From positions 96,001 through 160,000 of the forward strand of contig CAWBHS010000087.1 of NCBI GenBank assembly GCA_963788655.1: a DNA stretch of 64,000 nucleotides, in the 5' to 3' direction. Below the pieces are notes generated by a model. That model was not told where the DNA came from. It worked only from the letters and a program-made list of their open reading frames with translations, and did not search any database. Made by a program: the position numbers and the translations under genes. Shown here piece after piece: positions 1-13,037 of the stretch. Position 1 is the first letter of the stretch, and each line of letters starts with the position of its first letter. The DNA comes from an uncultured Verrucomicrobiae bacterium (GTDB taxonomy: Bacteria > Verrucomicrobiota > Verrucomicrobiia > Limisphaerales > JAFGQR01).

Positions 1-1782
<1,782 letters not shown>

Positions 1783-1792
1783 TGATTAGACC

Positions 1793-2797
1793 ATGGACCT
1801 GACAACTACTTATCTAGGGCTCAAGTTACGCAACCCGCTGGTGCTTTCCGCATCGCCGCTGTCCGAAAATATGGACAACCTCAAGCGGGCCGAAGAAGCC
1901 GGCGCCGCCGCGGTGGTGCTGCAATCCTTGTTCGAGGAACAACTCAAGTTTGAGAGCGAGGAATTGGATTATCACCTGTCGCACGGCACGGAAAGCTTCG
2001 CCGAGGCGCTCAGTTATTTTCCGGAACCCACCGAGTATCACCTGGGACCTGAGGCTTATCTCGAACACATCGCCAAGGCGAAAGCCACGGTGCAAATTCC
2101 CGTTATTGCCAGCCTCAACGGAGCGTCCGCGGGCGGTTGGACGGAGTATGCCCGGAAGATCGAACAAGCCGGCGCCGACGCCCTGGAACTGAACATTTAT
2201 TACATCCCCACGGACTTGAATTTGTCCGCCGCCGAAGTCGAGCAAACCTACCTCGACATTCTCAAGGCGGTAAAATCGGCGGTCACCATCCCCGTGGCGG
2301 TGAAGTTGAGTCCGTTCTTCAGCAGCATGGGCAACATGGCCAAGCGCCTGGATGAAGCCGGCGCCAACGGCTTGGTTCTGTTCAACCGGTTTTACCAACC
2401 GGACATCAATCTCGAGACGCTCGAAATCGAGCACTCCATTTTGTTGAGCACCCCGCAAGCCCGCCGGTTGCCGTTGCGTTGGATCGCCATGCTTCATGGA
2501 CGCATCCAGGCGGACATGGCGGCCACCAGTGGAATTCACAATGCCCAGGACGTGCTCAAGGTGCTCATGGCAGGAGCCAGCGCCACGATGCTCTGTTCAG
2601 TTATCTACAAACATGGCGTGGAGTACCCGAAAGTCATCGAACGCGAACTGAGCAAATGGATGGAGGAGCACGAGTATGAATCGGTGCAACAACTCCAGGG
2701 CAGCTTGAGTCAGAAGAATTGTCCGGACCCGAGCGCCTTCGAGCGCGCGCAGTACATGCGAATCCTTACCACTTGGCGACCGGCCCAAGTGGTTTGA
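1793..2797 (+). CDS. Dihydroorotate dehydrogenase-like FMN flavoprotein
   Basis: MDLTTTYLGLKLRNPLVLSASPLS, ADALELNIY, PVAVKLSPFF, GLVLFNRFYQPDI; this family is commonly found downstream of PFOR. Confidence 0.9.
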   Translation: MDLTTTYLGLKLRNPLVLSASPLSENMDNLKRAEEAGAAAVVLQSLFEEQLKFESEELDYHLSHGTESFAEALSYFPEPTEYHLGPEAYLEHIAKAKATVQIPVIASLNGASAGGWTEYARKIEQAGADALELNIYYIPTDLNLSAAEVEQTYLDILKAVKSAVTIPVAVKLSPFFSSMGNMAKRLDEAGANGLVLFNRFYQPDINLETLEIEHSILLSTPQARRLPLRWIAMLHGRIQADMAATSGIHNAQDVLKVLMAGASATMLCSVIYKHGVEYPKVIERELSKWMEEHEYESVQQLQGSLSQKNCPDPSAFERAQYMRILTTWRPAQVV

Positions 2798-3088
2798 GCA
2801 GCTTTCAATGCCGGGCAGGTCTGGGAATTCGCGTGATGAGTGCGACGCAGGCTTGCCCGGCTCGATCCTGGACACGGCAAGCTCCGCTTGAAATCCTGGC
2901 AGGCTTTAGCCGCTGCCGAAGATCATTGAAAGCACAAGGAGACGGCATTACTGGAGACGCATCGAAATAAGCGGAACTATTTTGGTACGTCCCCAGTCGA
3001 TTTTGGGTGCGACAATTTCCGTAAAGCCTTTCACAAATTGGGCAAAGCCATCGGCCCCGCGGGATGTTTTATTCCCTTACCTAACTGA

Positions 3089-4018
3089 GTGAGTTTAACC
3101 AAGTCATTCATCGTGAACCAAACCGTCGAAACAGAGCGGGAAATGAAGAAGTCGGACTCCGGCGCCGCCCCGGAAAACCGCGAGACGGCCTTTGGCTTTC
3201 CGCGCAACTTCCTCGATAACCACTTCGTATATGTTGTGGTTTCGCCGCGCGCCCGTGGATTATCCATCGGCATCAACATGAATCCCGACAAACGCTGCGA
3301 TTTCAGTTGCGTTTATTGTGAAGTCAATCGGGACGCACCGGGCCGCGATCCCCAATTGGACGTGACGCTCATGGAATCCGAACTGGAGCACACGCTCAAA
3401 CGTGCCTACCAGGGCAAATTGCAGGATCTGCCGCTTTACCGGAATCTTCCCGTGGACCTGCTCGAGTTGCGTCACGTGGCGCTCAGCGGCGACGGCGAAC
3501 CGACGCTCTGTCCCCATTTTGCCGAGGCGGTCCATGCCGTGGTGCATGTGCGCGCCCGCGGCCAGTTTCCCTTCTTCAAAATGGTGTTGATCACCAATTG
3601 CACCTGGCTGGATTTGCCGGCGGTGCAGCAGGGACTGAAGTCATTTACGCGGCAGGACGAAGTCTGGTGCAAGCTCGATGCCGGCACGCAGGAGTATATG
3701 AACAAGGTAAACCGGCCCGGGGTGACCTTGGAAAAAATCCTGAGTAACATCCTCCTGCTCGGTCGGCAACGGTCACTGGTCATCCAAAGCCTCTTCCAAT
3801 CGCACGATGGTGAAGAACCACCCGATTACGAAATCCAGCAATACGCCTTGCGGTTGAAAGAACTGAAAGACCAAGGCGCGGATATTTCATTGGTTCAGAT
3901 TTACTCCGCCACTCGCCCGGTGTCGCACGCCCTCTGCGATCATTTGCCGCTCAAGACCCTGTCCCGAATTGCCCAGACCGTTCGCACCGTCGCCGGCCTG
4001 AACGCGGAAGTGTTTTAG
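3089..4018 (+). CDS. Radical SAM protein (COG0731-like); start may be ATG at 3143
   Basis: CDFSCVYC (CxxxCxxC), SGDGEPT, VVSPRARGLSIGINM, KLDAG. Confidence 0.88.
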   Translation: MSLTKSFIVNQTVETEREMKKSDSGAAPENRETAFGFPRNFLDNHFVYVVVSPRARGLSIGINMNPDKRCDFSCVYCEVNRDAPGRDPQLDVTLMESELEHTLKRAYQGKLQDLPLYRNLPVDLLELRHVALSGDGEPTLCPHFAEAVHAVVHVRARGQFPFFKMVLITNCTWLDLPAVQQGLKSFTRQDEVWCKLDAGTQEYMNKVNRPGVTLEKILSNILLLGRQRSLVIQSLFQSHDGEEPPDYEIQQYALRLKELKDQGADISLVQIYSATRPVSHALCDHLPLKTLSRIAQTVRTVAGLNAEVF

Positions 4019-4031
4019 GCGTGACCATTCA

Positions 4032-4165
4032 GTAGGACAGACGTCCCGCCGGTCTCGAACGGCCGCCAGCCAGGGATTTGGGTTACAGCGGCCAAACGTT
4101 CTCAACGTTACCAAACAGTGACGAAAGCCCTCGGCTATTCGAGACCGGCGAGACGCCTGTCCTAC
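4032..4165. repeat. REPIN-like element, family A (GTAG-GACAGGCG palindrome pair), between convergent genes
   Basis: GTAGGACAGACGTCCCGCCGGTCTCGAA ... TTCGAGACCGGCGAGACGCCTGTCCTAC; related copies at 34979 and 53029. Confidence 0.85.
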
Positions 4166-4208
4166 AACTCGGAACCGCTTCATTGATACTCCGGCCGCTG
4201 GATACAGC

Positions 4209-5405
4209 CTACAGATTGCGGTCGATCATCTCCAGCGTAAGAGCCACGTAGCAGGTGACGAGCACGGGATCTTTTTCCCACCACCGGCCATTTTCGTTGA
4301 CCCACGAGCCGTCCTTCTGCTGGAGATTGAGCAACCGCATGGCCAGGTCTTTGCGCCAGTCGATGGTGCGGCCATCGGCCAGCTTCAAGTCCTTAACCCC
4401 GTAGGCGGTCAAGGCTTTGGTCATGGTGTGAAAATAGTAGAACAATCCTTGCATTCCCATTCCGGGATTTTCTGCGAGCGTATAATTCTGCCGCAGCCAA
4501 TCGAACACTGCCTGCACGCGCGGGTCGTCCGGTTTGAATTGGGCGTAAATGTAGCTCAACAATCCCGCGTAACTGATGCTGCCATAGGACCGCAACGCCA
4601 CGCGCCCGGTGACAGCGTTCGTGACTTCTCCGGCTTTGCTGTTGCCGGGGTAATAGACGAAGCCGCCTTTGTTCGCGGGATCGTCCGAAGCCCATTTCTC
4701 CGGGTTGTAGCCGGGTAGGTTTTGGCAGCGTTGCAGGAAATGGATGGCGGCCGCCCAATTGAGGTCCTTGGCTTCCGCCGGATTTTGATCGGCCACCAGG
4801 CGGCGGCTGTAATAGAGCGCCTCGAGTGCTTGCAGCGTGTTGCTCATGTCGGAGTGTTCGTAGGAACTCCCATAGCCGACCCCGCCATCGAAGGGCGTGT
4901 CAATCTTGCCCTGCTCGCCGAAATCCCGTTGCAGGCCCACCAGGAATTGCCGCGCCCGGCGCAGGATGGAATCATACTTGTCATTTCCCGTGGCCAGCAA
5001 CGCCATCATGCTGAGCGCGGTGTTGTAGGTCACCAGTTGGCCGCGGTGAATGCTGCCATCCGGCTGCACACTGGCCAGCACGTAGGCGAATCCCCGTTGC
5101 AACCACGGCGGTTCCTCCCGCTTGAACTTTTGGTCCGGCGCCCCTTCGAATGCCATCAGCGCCAGACTGGTCACTGCCGGATGGTCCGGCGTGGACCACC
5201 AGCCGTTCGTGTTTTGATTGGCCTGAAGCCAGGCCAGTCCCCGGTCAACCGCATGTTGGAGTTCGTTCTTGAACGAAACATCATGCGTGAACACGGGAGG
5301 GGAGGGTTGGGTTTCGGCGGCGGTGCCAGCCAGTGAAGCAACACCGGCAAGCAGGCAGGCGCCGGCAATTAGTCGAAAGGTGTTCATCGATTGCATTGGG
5401 ACCAT
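4209..5405 (-). CDS. Secreted prenyltransferase/squalene-oxidase-repeat (terpene cyclase-like barrel) protein
   Basis: Signal peptide; QW-type repeats LAWLQANQNTNGWW, VQPDGSI, LLNLQQKDGSW; no DXDD motif. Confidence 0.8.
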   Translation of the reverse strand: MVPMQSMNTFRLIAGACLLAGVASLAGTAAETQPSPPVFTHDVSFKNELQHAVDRGLAWLQANQNTNGWWSTPDHPAVTSLALMAFEGAPDQKFKREEPPWLQRGFAYVLASVQPDGSIHRGQLVTYNTALSMMALLATGNDKYDSILRRARQFLVGLQRDFGEQGKIDTPFDGGVGYGSSYEHSDMSNTLQALEALYYSRRLVADQNPAEAKDLNWAAAIHFLQRCQNLPGYNPEKWASDDPANKGGFVYYPGNSKAGEVTNAVTGRVALRSYGSISYAGLLSYIYAQFKPDDPRVQAVFDWLRQNYTLAENPGMGMQGLFYYFHTMTKALTAYGVKDLKLADGRTIDWRKDLAMRLLNLQQKDGSWVNENGRWWEKDPVLVTCYVALTLEMIDRNL

Positions 5406-5461
5406 TGTTAGCGGTTAACGTTGATTGAAGCAATGGACGGGGGAGCATTGGCAGATGTTCA

Positions 5462-6293
5462 TCACTGGTCTTTGGCGGGTGATCGCGGCGAGGCCGCCGG
5501 CACGGCTGGCAGTGTTGGCGGGACATTGGTGGCCAGCAATCGAATCGTCACCGTGATCGGCGTCTCCAACGCCGGCAGGCCATTGGACCGCACCATCCAT
5601 AGTTCATCGTCATCGTGACCGGGCCGGGGATTGTTGATGATGGCGTTCGGATCGGTGATCAACGAGACGATCGAACCGTCGAGCTGGGCGACGAACGAGC
5701 CTTCGAACATTCGCGAGCCGATTGTACACCCACGGGCCAGGGCTCAAGCGTGACCGGGTCTTGCGGTTCCACACCATGGTTTCACCGGATTGCCGGTGTG
5801 GCTTGTCCGCGCGCGCCCAACTTGTTTCGATTTGCACCGCGTCCCCTGGCAACGGACGGTCTGGCTCCTGCGGAAACGCATTGGTACCGGCGCCCTTGGC
5901 CCCCAGCAGCAGCATCGCCAGGTGGATTTGATAAGGATCGACATCCGTGCGCAACACGCTCTCGTGTGTTTTGCCGAAAGTAGCCACCAGAAAATATTCC
6001 ACGATGCCCTCGTTCATGTTCAAAACGCTGGGAAACGTGATCGAACGCTGCCGTTTGTCCAGACGAACCATCCCAATTTCAAACGTGTCCGGTCCCACCT
6101 GCCGGAGGGGGGCATTGGTCGGCAATGCGGCAAGTGCCGGGGGCGAAGAATCTGCCGGTTCCGGCGCGTCGGCGCCCAAGCCAGGAGGCGTGGCCGCGAA
6201 CACAAAAATATAAATGCCCACGGCCAACGGCCAGGTTGGGTGCTTAAGAATGATGGCCATGCGTCTCAAATCGTCATCGATTGGTTGAGTCAA
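5462..6293 (-). CDS. YdjY-domain secreted protein, frameshift near 5720; start probably ATG at 6260
   Basis: IGMVRLDKRQRSITFPSVLNMNEGIVEYFLV..GKTHESVLRT..PYQIHLAMLLLG, WVYN, continued in another frame by AQLDGSIVSLITDPNAIINNPRPGHDDDELW. Confidence 0.75.
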
Positions 6294-6697
6294 ACCATCG
6301 GGGAACCGAAGCCGTTGTCAAGGCTGGAGCATGTCGGCCAGTGCATGTCGGGCGAACCGGCGGCGCTTCGGTTTCCAAAGGTAAGTGAGCCCGCCGCAGG
6401 CATCGTCGAAAGCCGTCTGTACATTGCTATTATCCGCGTTGCGGCCTTGGGGAGCCACAGACAATCCGCTCACGCCAACAGCTTACCGATGTCCACTCGT
6501 TTTCGCGCCGGCGCGGAGCCTCGCCAGTCCAAGATCCAGCCTTGTCCTCACCTTCATTGATGGCCATCTGCACTCGGGACGGCGCGGTTCCCGGCTTCCC
6601 ACCGTTTCGCGGATTTTTATTTGCGGTGCTTTATGCGGGCCAGTAGGCTGCCCCCGTTTTGGCGGTGGCATCGACGCTGCTGCGAGCTTGGCAAATT

Positions 6698-8911
6698 ATG
6701 AGAAATGAGCCCCTCTCTGGTAAGGAAGTGTCGGAGTTGGTCACTGGTTTGCACCGGCTGGCCCACAATTTATGGTGGACCTGGGATCAGGAAGCGCAGG
6801 AGATTTTCCAGGAACTCTCCCCGCGCTGTTGGCAGAACCTCTACCACAACGCCGTGGCCGTGCTGCACGAGGTCTCCGACTACGAGCTGCGCGTGCGGCT
6901 CCAGGACCCGGTTTTCAGTGACCGCGTCCGCGAGGTGCTGAAGGCATTCGAGGAGTATCTGGCGAGCCCGAACACGTGGTGTCAGGCCAATGCCCCGGCC
7001 CTGGGCAAGAATCCCGTGGCCTATTTCTCCGCCGAGTTTGGTTTTCACGAAACCCTGCCGATCGCGGCCGGCGGACTGGGCGTGCTGGCGGGCGATCATG
7101 CCAAATCGGCCAGCGATCTGGGCCTGGGCTTCGCCGGCATCAGCCTGTTTTACCGCGAAGGCTACTTCATGCAGGCGATCGACCATGACAATTGGCAGAC
7201 CGAGTATTACACGCTGCTGAATCCCGCCGAACCTGCCCGATCGAACCGGTGCTGAATGGCAAGGGCGAACCGGTGGTTTGCGACGTGGAAATCGGGCTGA
7301 ACAAAGTCTTTTTCCGGGCCTGGCGGGTCAATGTGGGGCGCGTGCCGGTGTATCTGCTGGACGCGAACCTGCCCGAAAACGAACAGCATTTCCGCGATCT
7401 GACCCTGCGCGTGTATGGCGGCGACAGCACCACGCGCATCATGCAGGAAATTCTGCTGGGCGTCGGCGGCGTGCGCCTGCTGCGCGCGCTGGGGTGAGCC
7501 TCGGTGTTCCACATGAACGAAGGGCATGCCGCGTTTCTCACGCTCGAATTGATCCGCGAAAAGATGGCCGGCGGCGAAGCCTTTCCAAGACGCCATCGAG
7601 CAAACCACGGCAACGAATGCATCTTCACCACGCACACGCCGGTGGAGGCGGGCCACGACCGTTTCGGGGCCAACTTGATGCATTACGCGCTGCAACCGGT
7701 TCATCGAAACCGTCGAAGCTCGGTTTGCAGGAAATCATGCCGACTGGGACGCGTGACCCGGAGAACGCGGACGAACCGTTCTGCATGACCGTGCTGGCGC
7801 TGAAACTGTCGCGGGCCGCCAACGGCGTCAGCGAATTGCACGGCCGGTCAGCCGGCACATGTGGCACGTCGCCTGTACCCGGACCGGCCCGTCGAGCAAG
7901 TCCCCATTGGCCACATCACCAATGGCATTCACCTGCTGGCTGGATGAAGGGCACGGTGCGGCGGTTCTGGCGGCGCAAGTTGAGCCCTCGAGGAACGGAA
8001 CCTGTAGCCCCCGCGCAAGCCAGCGAAGAATCGACCTTTTGGCAGCACAAACCGATCGAGCATTGGGAAACCGAAGTCAATGCGCCGGAATTCTGGAAGC
8101 GCATGGCCGATCCGAATTTCATCACCGACGAGGAAATCTGGGCGTTGCGCTATCAAGCTGCGGCGCGAACTGATCGAGTTTGCCCGCCGCCGGCTGCTGT
8201 TTCAGGGCCAGCGCATGCAGCCAGCGGCGACTTCATCGCGTTTGACCAACTGCTGAATCCCGACGCGTTGACCATCGGTTTTGGCCGGCGGTTTGCCACT
8301 TACAAACGCGCTCCGCTGATCTTCCAGCAGTTCGACAACATCGTGAGACTGGCCCGCGACAAGGAGCGTCCGATCCAGTTCATCTTTGCCGGCAAGGCGC
8401 ATCCGCGCGATGACGACGGCAAACGGTTCATCCAGCACATCATTCACCTCAGCAAATACAGCGAACTGCAAGGGCACCTCGTGTTCCTCGAGAACTACGA
8501 TGTCCACGTGGCGCGCCAGATGGTTTCCGGCTGCGACGTGTGGCTGAACAACCCGCGCCGTCCGCTGGAAGCCTCGGGCACCAGCGGCATGAAATCCGGC
8601 TGCCACGGCTGTCTGAACATGAGCATTCTCGACGGCTGGTGGCGCGAAGGCTACGACGGCGAAAACGGTTTTGCCATCGGTGACGACGCGCACCCGGACA
8701 ACGTCGAGGAACAGGACCGGCGCGACAGTGCCAATCTGTACCGGGTGCTCACTGAAGAAGTCATCCCGCTGCTTCTATGACCGCGACGAACAGGGCATTC
8801 CGCGGAAGTGGATTCAGAAAATCCGGCACGCCATGGTGACGCTGGTGCCGCAAGTTCACCACGTGGCGCATGGTGCAGGAATACACCCAGAAGTATTATC
8901 TGCCGAAGTAG
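6698..8911 (+). CDS. glgP: Alpha-glucan (glycogen) phosphorylase, multiple frameshifts
   Basis: LAHNLWWTW, YFSAEFG, GGLGVLAGDHAKSASDLG, HMNEGH, FTTHTPVEAGHDRF, RRFATYKR, GKAHPRD, EASGTSGMK, LDGWW; ends EYTQKYYLPK*. Confidence 0.95.
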
Positions 8912-9184
8912 GCGGCAGCGTGCTGCCGGCATCTTGCCGGCAGATCGAACGGAAGAAGACGCCCAGAATTGCCAAGAAACGCTGAGCGCATCAGACGCCT
9001 CAGCGGGGTGGCATCGGTTCGGATGTTGCTGGTGCTTTCGTTTATGCCAGTGGGACGCCAGCAACGTGTTGCCAGCATCCTGCCGGCAGTTGGGAGCGGC
9101 CCGTTCCGAATTATAGTCCGCCAGTCGCTTGCACGCCGCCCGGGCACTCGTTCCTTCCGGCGAGACGCCAGCAGCACGTTGCCA
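8912..9184. repeat. Tandem pair of REPIN-like elements, family B (GTGCTGCCGGCATCTTGCCGGCAG)
   Basis: CGTGCTGCCGGCATCTTGCCGGCAG near 8919, CGTGTTGCCAGCATCCTGCCGGCAG near 9066, inverted partners near 9045-9065 and 9157-9184; lies between convergent glgP and apaG. Confidence 0.75.
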
Positions 9185-9192
9185 GGGCGGCC

Positions 9193-9594
9193 TTAAACGA
9201 AGAATCCGTCCGGCACCACCATCTTGAACTTCGGGATACGGGCGATCACCGTTTGGCCTTGGTCGTCGATTCCCAAATAACTGCCTTCCGCCTCGGCCCA
9301 ACGAGAGTTCAACAAATGAAAACTGTTGTAACTGAATTTCTCGCCGGGCGGAATCACCGGGAACTGGCCCACCACCCCGTCGCCTTCAACGGCAGTGGTT
9401 TCCCCTTGATCGCTGTTTACCACCCATTTCCGTCCTTTGATGGTCACGGCGGATGGGGTGCCATTGTGAATGCTGACAAAATACACAAAGCAATACGGCC
9501 GCTCCGCCGGCGTCTGTGCCTCGGGGTGATACTCAACCCGGTCCACGGTTACCCGCAGCCCTTCCGGTTCAAAGACCGCTTTCTCGTTGTTCAT
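9193..9594 (-). CDS. apaG: ApaG/CorD family protein
   Basis: YCFVYFVSIHNGT..VTIKGRKWVV..VEGDGVVGQFPVIPPGEKFSYNSF..AEGSY..IPKF. Confidence 0.9.
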   Translation of the reverse strand: MNNEKAVFEPEGLRVTVDRVEYHPEAQTPAERPYCFVYFVSIHNGTPSAVTIKGRKWVVNSDQGETTAVEGDGVVGQFPVIPPGEKFSYNSFHLLNSRWAEAEGSYLGIDDQGQTVIARIPKFKMVVPDGFFV

Positions 9595-9847
9595 GCGAAT
9601 GCCTTCGGGATTGCGACAAAAAACTTGCTCCGAAACACGCCCCCGCGACCGCCAGTCCAGCCACGAGAAAATCGGTACCGGGCCGAAAGCGGTATTCCCA
9701 CACCTGGCGTACCCGGCCCGTCGCCGCATCTTCCACAGCCAGCGCTTCGCGCATCCGGCTGGTGCCCCAATTGGGACCTCCAAAAAACCAGAGCGCCAAC
9801 GTCCCCACGGCGATGGCCAGGGCCAGCAGTCGCAATTTCGTCACCAT
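9569..9847 (-). CDS. Small membrane protein with two hydrophobic segments
   Basis: MVTKLRLLALAIAVGTLALWFFGG ... FRPGTDFLVAGLAVAGACFGASFL; overlaps the apaG start. Confidence 0.6.
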   Translation of the reverse strand: MVTKLRLLALAIAVGTLALWFFGGPNWGTSRMREALAVEDAATGRVRQVWEYRFRPGTDFLVAGLAVAGACFGASFLSQSRRHSHEQRESGL

Positions 9848-10347
9848 GCAAACAAAATAGCAAGTTGGTCCCAAAAGACACGCGGAAATCACAGCCGGAG
9901 AAAGTCATGGGAAAAATTTCGTGCAGCTTGGTTGGCCACCGTTCGTGGAATCTTGAAGGCCGCTGAACGTCATTCGGAGCAAGCTCAATTCCCCCGGCAT
10001 ACCGGAACTCAACGGGTCTGCCTGGCCAACCTGACCGGATCGTCTGGACAAACCACATCTCACGATCCGCGGACCTTTAACCAAATGCTGATCACGCTGT
10101 CTTTAGCGTCCACGGCTACCGAGATTGGATCGAAGGCTCATCGGGGAACAAGCATTGACTTTCGACAAGAACCGCAAATGATCACTGTCGATGAAGCGAG
10201 TGGGAAAACATCTCAAGGTGAAGTCGCAATGGGTCAGAAGTTCATCTCCCCTCAGTTCGCTGGTCAACCACATGAATCTGTCTGGCAGCCATCTTTCGCC
10301 CCTTTTCCCCTGGCGCAAGTACACAACCAGGACGGCGGAACCTTGGT

Positions 10348-10476
10348 GCCTGTTTGAATAGTAGCAGCCGACGTAAGGAGGCTCTGACTTCTAAGTTCCG
10401 GCGCCAGCGAAAATCCACGCAGTGTGAGCCTCTTTACGTCGGCTGCTACAACCGGAATGGATGTTTTCAAACAGGC
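10348..10476. repeat. Nested inverted-repeat element, family C (about 129 bp)
   Basis: Outer arms GCCTGTTTGAA/TTCAAACAGGC; inner arms GTAGCAGCCGACGTAAGGAGGCTC/GAGCCTCTTTACGTCGGCTGCTAC. Confidence 0.9.
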
Positions 10477-11863
10477 TTTTCGAACCCTGACAGTTCTGAC
10501 ACTGATCGTTGTTTGTCTGAGCCTCAGCGTTGTTGCCTCAAGCGCCGCGTCCAGTCTTGAGGTCAGCTCGAATGGACGGTTTCTGATCCGCCAAGGAGGC
10601 GCGCCCTTATTTCTGGCAAGGCGACACGGGCTGGGGATTGTTCAACCTGGTGGGCTTGAGCGCGGCGCAGGATTATCTCGAAGACCGAAAGTCGAAAGGA
10701 TTCAATGTCATCCAGGTGTTCCTGACTTCCAAATGGATGCCGACGAACATCCTTGGCCAAGCCCCGTTTGTGAACAATAACCTGAGCCAGCTTGACTCCG
10801 GGTTCTTTGACCACGTGGAAGCGGTCCTGCGAAAGAGCGAATCGCTCGGATTGTTTATTTGCCTGGGAGTCGGTGAACCGTTCCGGCCCGATGCGCTGTA
10901 CCGCGTCACCACTCCGGCGCAGGCCTACGATTACGGCTGGACGCTCGGCCACCGCCTGGGGAGCTATACAAATCTGATTTGGAATCTCGGGCAGGATTGG
11001 TACGCGGTCCGCGATGGGGTCGATAGCCGTCCGCTGATTCGTGCGACCGCCGAGGGCATCGCCGATGCGGTGAATGGCGAGCGGGGCTTTGATGGTCGTG
11101 CGGATTACTCGACCACACTTATGAGCTTATCACGCTTCCACCTCGTCGTCGCAATGGTTTCAAAAGGATGATTGGCTCGACTTCAACATGGTCCAGACCT
11201 GGAAGTTCGTTCACCGAATCGTGAACGCGATCACTCACGATTACGGTTTAAAGCCCGTGAAACCAACGCTCTTCGCCGAAGGCGCTTATGAAGATGGCGA
11301 ACTACGGTAACGGCGCGCACTGGGTCAGGCCGCAACTGGAGCGGATTCAAGCCTACTTGGGTGTCTTCGCGGGCAGCTTTGGTTACACTTACGGCGCCAA
11401 TGGGCTTTGGTCATTTTACGAACCGGGACGCAAACCAGTCGAGAAGTGGTCTTCACCGCCGTGGCGAGCAGCCTTGAAATTCGAGGCGGGCGGCCAGATG
11501 CAATATGTGCGCCGCCTGATCGAGTCGAGGCCCATGCTGGTTCGCATCCCTGATCCGATACTGATTGCCAGCGATGGGAACGGCCAGAACGAGTTTCCAG
11601 CCCAAGCCACTCGCGGGGAAGATGGCAGTTACGCGTTTGTGTATCTGCCGAGTTCGCGCCCAGTGACGATCCGAACGCAACGGCTTGCCGGCACTACGCT
11701 CAAGGCCTATTGGTTCAGCCCGCGCGACGGGAAGTCCCAGTTGATTGGCACCTTTTCTAAATCGAACCAGCGAAAGTTTGTGCCCCTGTCGAACGGCGGC
11801 ACCAGTAACGACGATTTGGTGCTGGTGCTGGACGATGCGGCCCGCCGCTTCCCACCACCTTGA
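10457..11863 (+). CDS. DUF4038 (GH140 apiosidase-like) protein with C-terminal putative collagen-binding domain; frameshifted
   Basis: Signal peptide; LEVSSNGRFL, YLEDRKSKGFNVIQ, NLIWNLGQD, ADYSTTLMS, GYTYGANGLW, GQMQYVRRLIESRP, AYWFSPRDG, DLVLVLD. Confidence 0.82.
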
Positions 11864-11871
11864 ACCAGCCT

Positions 11872-12925
11872 ATGAACTTCATCAAATTGCTTTCCATTCC
11901 GACCGTCCTACTCACGAGTTTCGCTGCTCCCGGGGCGGAGTCCAACGCTCCCTATCCGCGCAGCGAAGTATTTTCCGGCCTCACGTTTCATCGCGAGACA
12001 CAGCAGCGACTGGCGGAAGGCAGCGATATCTGGAACTGCACTTGGGCCGCCGACGGGAACCTCTACGCCACGTGGGGCGACGGCGGAGGATTTGGCGGCA
12101 CCGACAGCAAGGGGCGGGCTTCGCTGGGCGTCGCGTCGATCCGCGGGATTCCACCGGAGTGGCAAGGCATCAACGTTTGGGGCGGCGTCGATCCGCTTTC
12201 GCCTCAACCTCCGACCATCGGCAAAGCCTCGATCATTGCCGTAGGGGACGCGATCTACTTGTTTGCCAGCGAGCAGGGCGTTTGGAACCGTGCTCGTTTG
12301 TGGAAGTCGGCCGCTCACGGGCGGACGTGGCTGGACCGCGGCTGGATCTTCCCCAAGTCGCACAAGGTGTTTGCCTTTCCCGGTTTGGTTCAATTCGGTC
12401 AAGGCAACCGACTGAGTCCCGAGGGCTATGTGTATGGCTTTTCGGACAACGATCCCCAGCGGGTACATGACAACAATCTCTATCTCGTTCCGGGTCAAGG
12501 CCCAACAGATCGAGAACCTCGCCGATTACGAGTTCTTCTCGGGCACCGAGCAATCACCGCAATGGTCGCGGAAACTCGACGATCTGAAACCCGTCTTCAC
12601 CAACCCGGCTGGGATTAGTTGGGGCACCACCTGTGTCTATCATCCGGCGACTGGGCGTTTCCTGTTGAGCGTGGGCGTTCACACGGAAAAGGGCGATTGG
12701 GGACTTTATGAAAGCCAACATCTTTGGGGACCGTGGCGGACGGTGGGATATGGCGCTGACTTCCCCGAGTGGACCTACACGCCGGCGGAGAAAGACCGCC
12801 CGGCCTACGTGCATTCGTTTCCGGCCAAGTGGATCAGTGCCGATGGCAAAACACTGTGGTGCGTCTTCGACCGCGGCGACCATTTCAACCTGGCCCGCTG
12901 CACTTTGAGCATCAAGGCGCGTTAA
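11872..12925 (+). CDS. Secreted DUF4185-like beta-propeller protein, frameshift near 12490
   Basis: Signal peptide; PYPRSEV, GSDIWNCTWAADGNLYATWGDGGGFGG, LWKSAAHGRTW (Asp-box-like), PAKWISADGKTLW. Confidence 0.7.
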
Positions 12926-13037
12926 CGGGCGGTTGTAATTGGGACGACGAGGGTGTGGCTTCAAATATGGGATGTTGAGATGTGCCCCAGGAGAAAGGGC
13001 TTGCGACCCACACCGTAGCGCCGGAAGGTCGTCGGTG

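Noticed and set aside
4209..5405. True squalene-hopene cyclase
   Set aside because: Only 398 aa, has a signal peptide and lacks DXDD
6300..6690. Structured ncRNA between the YdjY gene and glgP
   Set aside because: One hairpin (GGAACCGAAGC/GCTTCGGTTTCC) and a minus-strand TTGACA, but no RNA family recognisable by eye; an Rfam search would be needed
7495..7497. In-frame TGA in glgP as selenocysteine or readthrough
   Set aside because: Restoring three single bases gives the expected LG-VQP-SVFHMNEGH; the gene has many other indels
9850..10347. Coding region or ncRNA in the 500-bp gap
   Set aside because: ORFs lack protein-like motifs and no clear structure was seen
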